From contig JAJYSP010000001.1 of assembly GCA_021793515.1 (NCBI GenBank), forward strand, positions 10,533 through 74,532: a stretch of DNA of 64,000 bases, given 5' to 3'. The first letter of the stretch is position 1. Each line of letters starts with the position of its first letter. Made by a program: the position numbers and the translations under genes. The stretch is from Actinomycetes bacterium. GTDB lineage: Bacteria; Actinomycetota; Acidimicrobiia; Acidimicrobiales; RAAP-2. Positions 36,261 through 47,232 of the stretch are shown here, piece after piece. The notes beneath the pieces are model-generated. The model searched no databases and had not been told where the DNA came from. It saw only the letters and a program-made list of their open reading frames with translations.

Positions 36261-37277
36261 TCACGCGCGACAGAACGAGAGTCCCGTCGCGATGATGTCC
36301 CCGGCGCTGTCCTGGCGTAGCTCGGGGAGCGTCTGCAGGGACTCAAGACCAGCCACGACCGCCTCCTTGGGCACGCCACGAGCCCGGAGGAGTTCGATCA
36401 ACCACGTGAGAAACTCAGTGAAGACCGCGTCGTCATTGACGTAGAGCGTCGCGGCGGCGAAGCGGACCATGTAGGCCAAGTCCTCCTCGGTCCGTTGTCG
36501 TTGGTGCGATGAGTAGCTGGCCATCGCCGGGAATCGCCTCGTCAGTTCTGATAGCGCCCGCGGGGCCAACTCGCCTGCTCGAGCGTCCAGTTCACGGGCG
36601 TGGTCATCGGGCACGAATCGTGCACGCGGGTCCGGTGGTGCCGTCTCCCACGCTTTGAGCAGCGAGAGGGCGCTCGCCACATCGCCGGCGTAGGCGTCGG
36701 CACCGATTCGTGTGGCCCACTCGGGGTGCCCCTCGAACGCGTGACCACCCGCCATGACGGGCACACCCAACTCGTGGGCGACGTCGGCCAGTTCGGTGAC
36801 GCCCGAAAAGAAGAGCGGCAGCGCACACGTGATCGCGATCGCGTTGGGCTGGTACGTGGCGAGGAATCGACCGACGTCGACCGCCGGTGTCGATGCCCCC
36901 AAGAAAGCGGTCGCGACGCCCTCAGCCTGCAGTTGCTCGGCGATCATGTGTCCGGCGATGGAGTGCCAGTTACCCGGAGCGCAGGCGACGACGACCGAGC
37001 CGGTGTATCGGGGCGTCGGTGGCGCCGAGGCGAGCGCGTACAGGGCCGACTCCGTGACGCCCGACGCGAGATGCTCGTCGGCGACGCTGAGCTCACCGCG
37101 CTGCCACCGGTCACCGACTTCGCGTTGGGCCGGGGCCATGACGTCACCGATGATGTCGACCTTCGAGACGCCGGTGTCGAGGAGCTGAATCGTGAAATCG
37201 ATCGCGGCAACCGTCTCACCGGACACCGCCTGACCGACGAATCGAGTGACGTCGCCCCGGTGATCCGTCGACGTCAT
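36261..37277 (-). CDS. B12-binding protein: CarH-type four-helix bundle + Rossmann domain + extra C-terminal helical domain, no DNA-binding domain (photocobilin-like)
   Basis: W-x9-EH (WQRGELSVADEH) AdoCbl signature; base-off His in APGNWHSIAG; FLGASTP; about 100-aa helical tail EEDLAYMVRF..FTEFLTWLIELLRARGVP. Confidence 0.8.
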   Translation of the reverse strand: MTSTDHRGDVTRFVGQAVSGETVAAIDFTIQLLDTGVSKVDIIGDVMAPAQREVGDRWQRGELSVADEHLASGVTESALYALASAPPTPRYTGSVVVACAPGNWHSIAGHMIAEQLQAEGVATAFLGASTPAVDVGRFLATYQPNAIAITCALPLFFSGVTELADVAHELGVPVMAGGHAFEGHPEWATRIGADAYAGDVASALSLLKAWETAPPDPRARFVPDDHARELDARAGELAPRALSELTRRFPAMASYSSHQRQRTEEDLAYMVRFAAATLYVNDDAVFTEFLTWLIELLRARGVPKEAVVAGLESLQTLPELRQDSAGDIIATGLSFCRA

Positions 37278-38398
37278 CTCGCGACGATACGGTAGCGGCG
37301 AAAGTGGCGGGCGCGCGGGCGGAACTCACCGGTTGGAATCCGGCGATGCGACAGTCGATGATCGTCCGAGCGCATATACGCCTTGAACGCCTCGGGCGAC
37401 GTCCACCACGAGACCATGATGTAGGTCGTCGGATCGACGACGTCGGCCCATACCTCTAACTTGATGAATCCGGGCCACCGGTCTACAGCGCCCAGCCGGT
37501 TGGCAAACGCCCGCTCGAGGTCGAGTCGGCCTTCTTCTGGGACTTCGATCTGGCTCCACGCGACGAAGGCAGCGGCCAGCTGACCACTGTGCTCGGGCGC
37601 GCGCGAATCGACGGGGACGGTGTCGAGCGCCCAGTTCCAACGGTCGCGACCGTCCTTTTTGGCCGCGTACATCGCGCCGTCGGCCGCGGCGATCGCGGCG
37701 GCGGGATCGTTCGCGACGACGGCGATTCCCGCGCTGAAACTGACGTCGTAGGGGCGCGCGGCGATCCACGCGTCGCGCAGTCGGGTGAGGAACGCGTCGG
37801 GCTCCTTCGAGTCAGACAGCACGACGACGAACTCCTCGCCGCCGTAGCGACCGACGAAGTCTCGCCCGCGGATGCACTCGTGCAAGACTCGTCCGAGCGT
37901 TCGTAACGTCTCATCCCCCGCGGCGTGGCCGTAGGTGTCGTTCACGCGTTTGAAGTGGTCGAGATCGATCATGATGACCGTGTCACCATCGCGTAGCCGG
38001 CCGAGGGCTCGCGCGACCATGCGACGATTGGCCAATCGGGTGAGGCCGTCGGTCGTCGCTTCGACGCTGAAGCGGTGCACCTCGGAGTGGACCTCGATGG
38101 CGCGTCGTGCGTCGACGACGAATGACGGGAGGAAGCGTTCGAGTAGCGACGCGGCGACGCTGCCTCGGGGGGCGCGCGGCAGCAGCGGACTGCCCACGCC
38201 GAAGGACACATCAACGGGCAGCGAATCCCCCTCGACGTCGTCGACCGGCGCCACGTCCCCGCCGAGCGCGCGGACGAGGCTCGCGGCAACGTTTTGCGCG
38301 TCCTTCGCCGAGGAGACGTACAACAACGCGCGGGTCGCCTCTAACACCGCGATTGGAATCTCAGCCCGGTCGACGCCAGCGAACGTCTCATCGTTCAT
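37274..38398 (-). CDS. Diguanylate cyclase (GGEEF) fused to a C-terminal ABM/IsdG-like domain
   Basis: DGLTRLANRR, MIDLDHFKRVNDTYGHAAGD, I-site RGRD, RYGGEEF, ADGAMYAAK; C-terminal RLGAVDRWPGFIKLEVW..MVSWWTSPEAFKAYMRSDDHRLSH. Confidence 0.9.
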   Translation of the reverse strand: MNDETFAGVDRAEIPIAVLEATRALLYVSSAKDAQNVAASLVRALGGDVAPVDDVEGDSLPVDVSFGVGSPLLPRAPRGSVAASLLERFLPSFVVDARRAIEVHSEVHRFSVEATTDGLTRLANRRMVARALGRLRDGDTVIMIDLDHFKRVNDTYGHAAGDETLRTLGRVLHECIRGRDFVGRYGGEEFVVVLSDSKEPDAFLTRLRDAWIAARPYDVSFSAGIAVVANDPAAAIAAADGAMYAAKKDGRDRWNWALDTVPVDSRAPEHSGQLAAAFVAWSQIEVPEEGRLDLERAFANRLGAVDRWPGFIKLEVWADVVDPTTYIMVSWWTSPEAFKAYMRSDDHRLSHRRIPTGEFRPRARHFRRYRIVAR

Positions 38399-38562
38399 AG
38401 TCGACCCCGAACCGTACGTTCACCTCCAGCAGTGAAACAGTTTCCACGCCTAAGGAATCATAGTGAACGCCCGTTTCAGGGCACCTGCGGCCCCAGTCGC
38501 GTTCGCGACCGCTACCCGCGAGCGCCCGTCACTTCGCCGGTTCTCCAGTCGGGCGTTGACGT

Positions 38563-40866
38563 CTAGGGCAGCAGTTGGCCCGAACGAGCGAGTCGCACAC
38601 AGTGCGCGGCGACGTCGGCGTCGTACAAGGAGCCCGCACCCGACTCGATCTCCGCGATCGCCACCTCTGGGCCCAGACTCGCGCGATAGGGGCGGTGTGA
38701 CGACATTGCCTCCATAACGTCGGCGACCGCGACGATGCGCGCTTCGAGGAGGATCTCGGACCCCTTCAGCCCCTGGGGGTAGCCGCTGCCGTCGATCCGT
38801 TCGTGGTGCTGCAGAGCCACTTCGGCGACGGGCCAGGGGAAGGGAATGTCGCACAAGATGTCGTACCCCGATTGCGGGTGCAGTTGGATCAGGCGCCGCT
38901 CCATGTCGCTCAGTCGGCCCGGACGGGTCAGGATCTCCGCGGGAATGGAGATCTTGCCGATGTCGTGGAGTTGTCCGGCCACGCGCAGACCTTCGATCTG
39001 GTCGGCGTCGAGGTCCATCGCGAGCCCGATTCGGGCCGCGATTTCGGCGACGCGGCTCTGGTGTCCCGCCGTGTAGGGATCGCGCTGCTCACTGATCGAC
39101 GTCGCCATGGAGACGGTGGCGTGCAGGAGTGAACTGATCTCACGGAAGTGGGTCGCTTCGAGGATGTCACGCTCGACGATGGCGGTGACGTCGTCGATGA
39201 TGCCAAGTTGCGCCTGACTCCCGTGCTCGGCGATCGGGATTGACAATATCCACAGGTGCGAGACGGCACCGTCTTGCCGAGCCACGGTCACGACCTTCTC
39301 GTACTCGGACTCGATGAAGTACGACGCGTCTGCACCGAGCTGTTGGTCACTGGAGACCGGAATGGTGTCTTCGCGTGCGCCGATCATCGAGGCAACGGAG
39401 TCGAAGCCCAGCATCGAGGCCGCACGGGCGTTACCCAACTCGAACCGCCCGTTGCGAGCGAGGTAGATGCCCACCACCGACTGCTCGACGACGCCGCGGA
39501 ATCGTTCCTCAGACCTCGCCAGTGCGAGCTCGGAGCGCTGGTGGAGTCGTCGGTCCTCGAAGAGGTCCAGTGCGAAACTCAAGTCCTTGACCATCTCATC
39601 GAACAGTGGCCGCAAGGACTCATTGAAGAAGTTCTCCTCGGACGAATACAGCGAGAGGGTCGCTACAACGCCACCCCGACGGCTGATCGGTAGCGCCGCG
39701 ACCACACGCCACCCGTGTGCGGCACCCACTCGACTGAGTTCGTCGTCGTCGTCACCCGCGAGATTACGGATAACGATCTCACCGCTGGTCGCCGCCTCCG
39801 ACGCCGGCCAGGCCGAGAGGTTTGCCTCGGACTGGATCGAACGTCGCTCAGCGAGGAACTCGACCGCGTCGGCGCCGGCGCTCGCGACGGGACGCGCGGG
39901 TCGCTCCGGGTGGTCAAAGACGCCGACCCAGGCCATCTGCGCCGTGCCTACTCGCACCGTCGCTTCGACGATGCGTTCGAACAGGTCCATTTCGTCGTTC
40001 GCGTATATGACGGCCTGATTGCATTCACTGAGCGCTGCGTAGAGCATGCGGAGCCGGTGATTCGCAAGCTCAGCCTCCTTCCGTCGAGTGACGACCGTGT
40101 CGATGCCGCGCACGACGGTGCCCCGACCCGCGGCGTCGCGCCTCATCACCCTTCCGTGGACCCAGAGCCAGTGAACGGTCGAATCGGGCCAGACGACCCG
40201 GAAGTCGTAGTCGTACTCGTCGGGGCCACTCGGTGCGAGCGACCGTTCGATCACCGCCGCCGCGAACACCCGGTCATCGGGGTGCGTCGCTTCGAGAAAG
40301 GTCTCGAGCCGCCAGGGGTTTTGCCAGGTGAGACCGTAGAGCGCGTCGTGGTTCCTCGATCGCCGCATCAGGTTGCGCTCGGCGTCGTACTCCCACACGG
40401 CGACTTCACCCGACGCGGTGGCGAGATCGAAGAGCGCTCGTTGGGAACGAAGTCGGTCATCGCGCAAACCAACGAGCAACGCAGTCAGGACGACGACGAG
40501 CAGAATCGTCCATTCGGCTTCAACTTCGTGACTGGTGTGTACCTCGAAGATTTCGACCGACAACAACAGCACGGAACCACCCAATGACGTCGCCAGTGAC
40601 CCCACGGAGCCGAACTCGGTGCTCGCCAGCACGGCTGGCACGACCAGCACCGCGTCGACGAAGAATCCCGAGAACGGGATGGTGCCACGGTTGTTCAGGT
40701 AATCGAAGAGGTAGTGCAGAACGACGAGCGCGGCGACCAGCCACTGGATCCGCCAGAATCGTCGACTGGCGAACGTGTCACGCGCGCTCTGGGCCAGCCC
40801 TTCGAACGAGTGGGTGACCCGTGGCACCGACTCGAGCTGGTCCTCGAATGTGGACCTCGTTCTCAC
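38563..40866 (-). CDS. Membrane-PAS-GAF-PAS-HD-GYP c-di-GMP phosphodiesterase
   Basis: RDPYTAGHQSRVA, LHDIGK, HHERIDGSGYP, IVAVADVMEAM..RPYR; PAS_3 (FRVVWPDSTVHW), GAF (LYAALSECNQAV), N-terminal TM helices. Confidence 0.93.
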   Translation of the reverse strand: MRTRSTFEDQLESVPRVTHSFEGLAQSARDTFASRRFWRIQWLVAALVVLHYLFDYLNNRGTIPFSGFFVDAVLVVPAVLASTEFGSVGSLATSLGGSVLLLSVEIFEVHTSHEVEAEWTILLVVVLTALLVGLRDDRLRSQRALFDLATASGEVAVWEYDAERNLMRRSRNHDALYGLTWQNPWRLETFLEATHPDDRVFAAAVIERSLAPSGPDEYDYDFRVVWPDSTVHWLWVHGRVMRRDAAGRGTVVRGIDTVVTRRKEAELANHRLRMLYAALSECNQAVIYANDEMDLFERIVEATVRVGTAQMAWVGVFDHPERPARPVASAGADAVEFLAERRSIQSEANLSAWPASEAATSGEIVIRNLAGDDDDELSRVGAAHGWRVVAALPISRRGGVVATLSLYSSEENFFNESLRPLFDEMVKDLSFALDLFEDRRLHQRSELALARSEERFRGVVEQSVVGIYLARNGRFELGNARAASMLGFDSVASMIGAREDTIPVSSDQQLGADASYFIESEYEKVVTVARQDGAVSHLWILSIPIAEHGSQAQLGIIDDVTAIVERDILEATHFREISSLLHATVSMATSISEQRDPYTAGHQSRVAEIAARIGLAMDLDADQIEGLRVAGQLHDIGKISIPAEILTRPGRLSDMERRLIQLHPQSGYDILCDIPFPWPVAEVALQHHERIDGSGYPQGLKGSEILLEARIVAVADVMEAMSSHRPYRASLGPEVAIAEIESGAGSLYDADVAAHCVRLARSGQLLP

Positions 40867-41203
40867 GACGATCGTCTCCCTACTGTCGCGTGCGCCGCCC
40901 CACGCGACCCGCCCTCACGAACTGCAATCCCCACACCATAGGCAAACGATCACCCTCTGGCGTGGCGGCGCCAGCCCACTTCAAACGAGTCCTCGTCGAC
41001 GTGGTCGCGTCGCGCCGTCGTCGCCGGCACGTCACAGGCGGTGCCCGCGGCGGTCTCGGCGGCCCTGTTCGAATCCGTCGCCGAGCCCCTGGACAGCATC
41101 ACCCATCGAGGTGATCGGACGTCCTCGCGGACCGGTGGTGGATCGTGCCGGTCACCCCTCGATTCGTCACCACGTGGTGGATCCTCACCAGTAGCGTCGA
41201 GAC

Positions 41204-42802
41204 GTGGACCCGTCGACGCCAATCAACCGACGATCGTTGTTGCGCCGCGGACTCCAGGTGGGCGGCGTGGTGGCTGGGGCGGCCCTGGTCGGCCTCGCGA
41301 TCGAGGAGAACCGACCGCGCACCGTCACGACCACCACGTCGACGACCTCGACGTCGACGACGCTGGGCCCCGCCACGGCGTCGTCTTGGGCGACGCTCGC
41401 GGCGTCACTGACGGGCTCCCTGGTCCTTCCCACGGACAGCGCCTACGCAGCCGACACGCTGCTCTACAACGAGAAATTCGTGGACTTGCACCCCCAGGGC
41501 ATCGCCTACTGTGCGAACGCCGATGACGTCGCGCGCTGCGTCGACTTCGCGACCACGCACGAGATGGCACTCGCCGCCCGGTCGGGTGGTCACAGTTACG
41601 GCGGCTACTCGAGTTGTCCGGGGCTCGTGATCGACGTCAGTCGGCTCTCGTCGATCGTGGTCGACAGGCGGACAAACACCGCGACCGTCGGGGCCGGTGC
41701 ACGGCTCATCGACGTCTACAACACCGTCGCGAGCCACGGCCTGCTCCTACCGAGCGGCTCGTGTCCGACCGTCGGGATCGCCGGGATCACACTCGGCGGC
41801 GGCATCGGCGTCCTCGGGCGACGGTATGGACTCACCTCGGACAATCTGCAGTCCCTCGAACTCGTGACCAGTGACGCCCACCAGGTGACAGCGAGCGCCG
41901 AGGACCACGCCGACCTCCTGTGGGCCTCACGCGGCGGGGGCGGCGGCAACTACGGCATCGCGACGTCCCTCACGTTCACGCTGCACCCGGTTCCCGAGCT
42001 GACGTTGTTCACGCTGCAGTACCCGTGGCCGGCCGCGGCCGCCATGCTCGAAGCGTGGCAACACTGGACGGCCACGGCGCCCGACGAACTCTGGTCGAAC
42101 TGCCAGCTCCTCACCCAGGGCTCCTACGGCTACCTCGCCCAGACGAGTGGCGTGTTCTGCGGGTCGCCGACGGCGCTCGCGGGACTGCTCGCCGCGCTCG
42201 AACAAAGCATCGGCTCGGCGCCGACCTACCGGTTCATCGGTCCAAAGGCGTACATCGACGCGATGGCCATCGAGGCCGGCTGCGCGGGGCTCACCATCGC
42301 CGCCTGCCACCTGGCCACCGAGAGCCCCGGCGGGACGCTCTCGCGCTTGGCGTACTCGGCGAAGTCCAGCTACGTCGACCAGCCCATGGACAGCGCACAG
42401 GTCACCGCCATCGTCGACGCCGTCGAACACTTGCACACGAGCGCGCCGACCGTCGGTGGCGGCCTCGCCTTTGACGCCTACGGGGGTGTGATCAACCGCG
42501 TCGCCCCGGGCGCGACCGCCTTCGTGCACCGCGACAAGCTCGCTTGCATCCAGGCGACGTACTCGTGGTCGAGCGCCACGCCGGCCAGCGAGATCAACGC
42601 GGGTGCGCAGTGGTTGACCTGGCTCGGCGCGAACGTCTTTGACCCACGCACCGGCGCCTACCAGAACTACATCGACCCCACGCTCGCCAACTGGGAAGCC
42701 GCGTACTACGGCGCCAATCTCGGGCGCCTCGAGCTCGTGAAGAAGGCCTACGACCCCGAGAACCGCTTCGCCTTCACCCAGTCCATCCCACCGGCGCCGT
42801 AG
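41204..42802 (+). CDS. Tat-exported FAD-linked oxidase (BBE/VAO family), probably bicovalent
   Basis: NRRSLL twin-arginine signal, Thr-rich linker, RSGGHSY, PSGSCPTVGIAG, RGGGGGNYGI, GAYQNYID BBE tail. Confidence 0.9.
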   Translation: MDPSTPINRRSLLRRGLQVGGVVAGAALVGLAIEENRPRTVTTTTSTTSTSTTLGPATASSWATLAASLTGSLVLPTDSAYAADTLLYNEKFVDLHPQGIAYCANADDVARCVDFATTHEMALAARSGGHSYGGYSSCPGLVIDVSRLSSIVVDRRTNTATVGAGARLIDVYNTVASHGLLLPSGSCPTVGIAGITLGGGIGVLGRRYGLTSDNLQSLELVTSDAHQVTASAEDHADLLWASRGGGGGNYGIATSLTFTLHPVPELTLFTLQYPWPAAAAMLEAWQHWTATAPDELWSNCQLLTQGSYGYLAQTSGVFCGSPTALAGLLAALEQSIGSAPTYRFIGPKAYIDAMAIEAGCAGLTIAACHLATESPGGTLSRLAYSAKSSYVDQPMDSAQVTAIVDAVEHLHTSAPTVGGGLAFDAYGGVINRVAPGATAFVHRDKLACIQATYSWSSATPASEINAGAQWLTWLGANVFDPRTGAYQNYIDPTLANWEAAYYGANLGRLELVKKAYDPENRFAFTQSIPPAP

Positions 42803-42967
42803 CCGAGGGTTCGACCACGCTCAACGGGCCGACTCGCGCCGTGGCGACGTCCGTGGAGACACAGGCGTCGTCAACCGCCCCGGGGACAATTGGACCAGAC
42901 GAAGACGCACCCCGCGTCTCAACGCGGCGTCCACCCCGATGATCTCACGTCCGCAGAACGCGAGCTT

Positions 42968-43957
42968 CTAGATGAGCCCCAACTGGCGCACGTCGTCACG
43001 CTCGCCGAGCAGCTCGTCGGCGGTGATCTTGAGGCGGTCCGTCGCGAACTCGTCGATGGCGAAGCCTTCCTTCACGTGCCAGTCGCCCGCGGCGTCGACC
43101 TGGATCGGCAGACCGAAGGTCAGGCCCTCGGGCGTGCCGTACTCGCCGTGGCTGGTCACCGCGACCGAGACGCAGTCGTCGGCGGGCGTGGGTGTCGTGA
43201 GGCTGACGACGGTGTCGATGGCGGCGTTGGCGGCCGAAGCGGCCGAGCTGGCGCCGCGCGCCTCGATGATCGCCGCGCCACGCTTCTGGACCGTGGTGAT
43301 GAAGTCACCGCGCAGCCAGGCGTCGTCCTTCACCGCCCCGGGCACGGCGAGGCCGCCCACCGTCGCGTTCGCGAAGTCCGGGAACTGCGTCGAGGAGTGG
43401 TTGCCCCAGATGACGAGGTTCTTCACTTCGGCGACCCCGACGCCGACCTTCTTGGCGATCTGGGTCTCGGCGCGGTTCTGGTCGAGGCGGGTCATCGCGA
43501 ACCACCGGTCGGCCGGGACCTCGGTAGCGTTGGAGCGCGCGATGAGACAGTTCGTGTTGCAGGGGTTGCCCACGACGAGCACGCGCACGTCACTCGCCGC
43601 GTTCTCGGCGATGGCGCGCCCCTGGGGCTTGAAGATGCCCCCGTTCACGTTCAGCAGGTCGCTGCGCTCCATGCCGGCCTTGCGCGGGATCGAACCCACG
43701 AGCAGGGCCCAGTTGGTGTCGGTGAAGGCGTGCTTGAGGTCACTCGTGGCCTCGATGCCCGCGAGCAGCGGGAAGGCACAGTCGTCGAGCTCCATGACGA
43801 CACCCTCGAGAGCCTTCATCGCCGGCTCGATCTCGAGCAGTCGAAGGACGATGGGGGTGTTCGGGCCGAGCATCTGTCCCGACGCGATGCGAAACAGCAA
43901 CTGGTAGCCGATCTGACCGGCGGCGCCGGTCACGGTGACATTGACGGGGGTGGTCAT
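42968..43957 (-). CDS. mdh: Malate dehydrogenase
   Basis: [49 protein letters not shown]. Confidence 0.98.
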   Translation of the reverse strand: MTTPVNVTVTGAAGQIGYQLLFRIASGQMLGPNTPIVLRLLEIEPAMKALEGVVMELDDCAFPLLAGIEATSDLKHAFTDTNWALLVGSIPRKAGMERSDLLNVNGGIFKPQGRAIAENAASDVRVLVVGNPCNTNCLIARSNATEVPADRWFAMTRLDQNRAETQIAKKVGVGVAEVKNLVIWGNHSSTQFPDFANATVGGLAVPGAVKDDAWLRGDFITTVQKRGAAIIEARGASSAASAANAAIDTVVSLTTPTPADDCVSVAVTSHGEYGTPEGLTFGLPIQVDAAGDWHVKEGFAIDEFATDRLKITADELLGERDDVRQLGLI

Positions 43958-43978
43958 GATTGTTCCTTCCGGTGGGAT

Positions 43979-45175
<1,197 letters not shown>

Positions 45176-45397
45176 GACCTCATCCTACGACTCACGCCGG
45201 ACCCCGATTTTGGGCCAAAAGTCCCAGTAATTCAACCCCGGTCGCCGCCGCGAGCACGGGTGGCGTCCCCGCCACGCGTCACCGCGACGAAGGGACGCCA
45301 CCCGTATCGTGTGGCGAGTTGCGGGCGTTGTGGGCAGCGGGTCGGGCCGTCAGAAGCGAGGCAGGTCCCCAGCGGGAGCGCGAACACCGCTTGCTGG

Positions 45398-45592
45398 TTA
45401 GTGCGCGTGGTCCGTGTCGAAGGCGACCGCGCACCCATTCGAGCAGAAGAAGTACTCGACATCACCGTCGGTGCGAATCGCGGCCGCGTTCGAACGCATC
45501 ACCGACATGCCACAGATCGGATCGACGCGCGCGTCTCCATCCGTCGACGCGCCATCACGGTGCGCGTGGTGTGTTCCCCAAAATTTATTCAT
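45398..45592 (-). CDS. Stand-alone YHS-domain protein (64 aa; start re-called)
   Basis: DPICGMSV..YFFCSNGC..F. Confidence 0.8.
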   Translation of the reverse strand: MNKFWGTHHAHRDGASTDGDARVDPICGMSVMRSNAAAIRTDGDVEYFFCSNGCAVAFDTDHAH

Positions 45593-45717
45593 ATTCTTCC
45601 TTTCCTCGGTACTCGATACGAAGTGCTGGCCGTCGCTGCACCCACGTCGTGCCCGTTCATCGCCCGCGCAGGTACGCACGATTCGGTCTGTCAACGACCT
45701 GGAGTAGCTCGGACCCG

Positions 45718-47232
45718 TCACGTTTCGTGATGGTGCGCCATCGACTCCCGATCGAAGCGCTCGACACAGCCCTGCGAGCAGAAGTAGTACTGGACATCGT
45801 CACGGCGACTCGAGTGATGGGCGGTCGCCGGGTCGACGGTCATGCCACAGATCGGGTCGATGACTTCGGTATTCGCGCCTGAAGACGACGGCGCTGCGTG
45901 AACGTGGGTGCCGTTGCTCCCGGACTTGAATCGATCCCGGCAGTGGTCCGAGCAGAAGTAGACGGCACTGCCCTCGTGCTCTAAGACCGCCGGTGCATGC
46001 GCGATCTCCACCTGCATGCCACACACCGGATCGATGGCGTACCCGTCGCCACCCCCAAAGCGCGCGCGGTGCCGATACACCCAATAGATGAAACCGAACA
46101 GGACGAGAAACACGAGGTTCAAGTACGTGGTGTAGTTCCATGAGAAGTGCGCGGCCACGACTTGGGTCGAGCGCGTCTGTGGAACCAGGTGAGCGGCGGT
46201 GAAGAGTCCCTCGGTGAGCAGGCCAGCCGCCGCCATGACGACCCAGAAGATCGCCAACATCTTGACCATCATCTTGGTGCCGTAGTAGCGGCGATAGATG
46301 AGTAGGAGCGGGAACGCGATCAGGTCAGCGAAGATGAACGACACCACGCCACCAAACGAGATCCCGCCGTGCCACAACGCCGCCGCCAACGGCACGTTGC
46401 CCACGGAGCAGACGAAGCTGATGATTGCGATGAACGGACCAACGACCACGTTCTCGACACTCGTCCAGAACCCGTGTCCGTGGAGGAAGACCACGTTCCA
46501 CCACCGAGTTGGAACGAGAGTCGCGAGGAACCCGGCGATGCCGTACCCCACGACCATCTCCTTGCGCAGCATGGTCAGATCGGCCATCGTGTAGGTGGCG
46601 GCGTTGGCCCACCCGCTCGGTGACCGTAGTGAACGCGCGCCGGTGCTCGAACGCTCCGACGACGGCTCATCGGACATGGTCGGTGACCCGTCGTGCTGGT
46701 CGAGGTGATCGTGGGTTGCGTGCGCGGACGTCGATAGCGTGGGGCTCTGACTGATCAACGTCGCTCGCGCGGCCTCGATCTCACGCCCACGAAACCACAG
46801 ACCGGCCGACGTGGCGAGCAACGCGATCATGATGGCACCGCCGATGAACTCACTCGCGGCGAACTGCCAACCCATCAAGACGACCAGGATCACACCCAGC
46901 TCGACCACCAAGTTCGTCGAGGCGAACATGAACACCAGCGTTGAAACGAAGTCGGCACCTTTGACGAATAACGACTTGGACATCGCCGACGCGGCGTAGC
47001 TGCACGACGACGAGACCATCCCATACGCCGAGGCCCGCGCCGTGGCCACGACGCCGTGATTGCCCAGCTTGCGCTGCAGCGCATCACGACTCACGAACGA
47101 CTGGACGACGCCAGAGAGTCCGAATCCGAGGATCAACGGCCAGAGGGTCTCCCAGAACATGAAGAACCCCTCGCGCAGGCTCCGTCCAATTGGATCGATC
47201 CACGCGACAGTTGCGACGAACGTTCCGGTCAT
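45718..47232 (-). CDS. DUF318/ArsP-type permease with two C-terminal YHS domains
   Basis: SSSCSYAA, FMFASTNLVVELG, FVCSVGNVPLAA, FIFADL; C-terminal DPVCGM..YFCSDHC and DPICGM..YFCSQGC; His-rich loop. Confidence 0.85.
   Translation of the reverse strand: MTGTFVATVAWIDPIGRSLREGFFMFWETLWPLILGFGLSGVVQSFVSRDALQRKLGNHGVVATARASAYGMVSSSCSYAASAMSKSLFVKGADFVSTLVFMFASTNLVVELGVILVVLMGWQFAASEFIGGAIMIALLATSAGLWFRGREIEAARATLISQSPTLSTSAHATHDHLDQHDGSPTMSDEPSSERSSTGARSLRSPSGWANAATYTMADLTMLRKEMVVGYGIAGFLATLVPTRWWNVVFLHGHGFWTSVENVVVGPFIAIISFVCSVGNVPLAAALWHGGISFGGVVSFIFADLIAFPLLLIYRRYYGTKMMVKMLAIFWVVMAAAGLLTEGLFTAAHLVPQTRSTQVVAAHFSWNYTTYLNLVFLVLFGFIYWVYRHRARFGGGDGYAIDPVCGMQVEIAHAPAVLEHEGSAVYFCSDHCRDRFKSGSNGTHVHAAPSSSGANTEVIDPICGMTVDPATAHHSSRRDDVQYYFCSQGCVERFDRESMAHHHET

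Noticed and set aside
41054-41085. GTTCGAATCC T-loop-like sequence and a nearby CTTCAAA (Sec anticodon-like, about 40979-40985) suggesting a tRNA or tmRNA
   Set aside because: The T-stem does not pair (CCCTG vs CCGTC), no cloverleaf or CCA end can be built, and the space is too short for tmRNA.
40867-41203. Possible c-di-GMP-I or cobalamin riboswitch upstream of the HD-GYP gene (GGCAAA, several hairpins, GTGGTGGATC repeated at 41135 and 41174)
   Set aside because: The GAAA tetraloop/GACGCAAAG core and the B12 box are missing; only generic GC-rich hairpins. An Infernal scan would settle it.
41325-41365. ACGACC/ACGTCG repeats
   Set aside because: Encodes the Thr/Ser linker of the Tat oxidase; not a CRISPR or satellite array.
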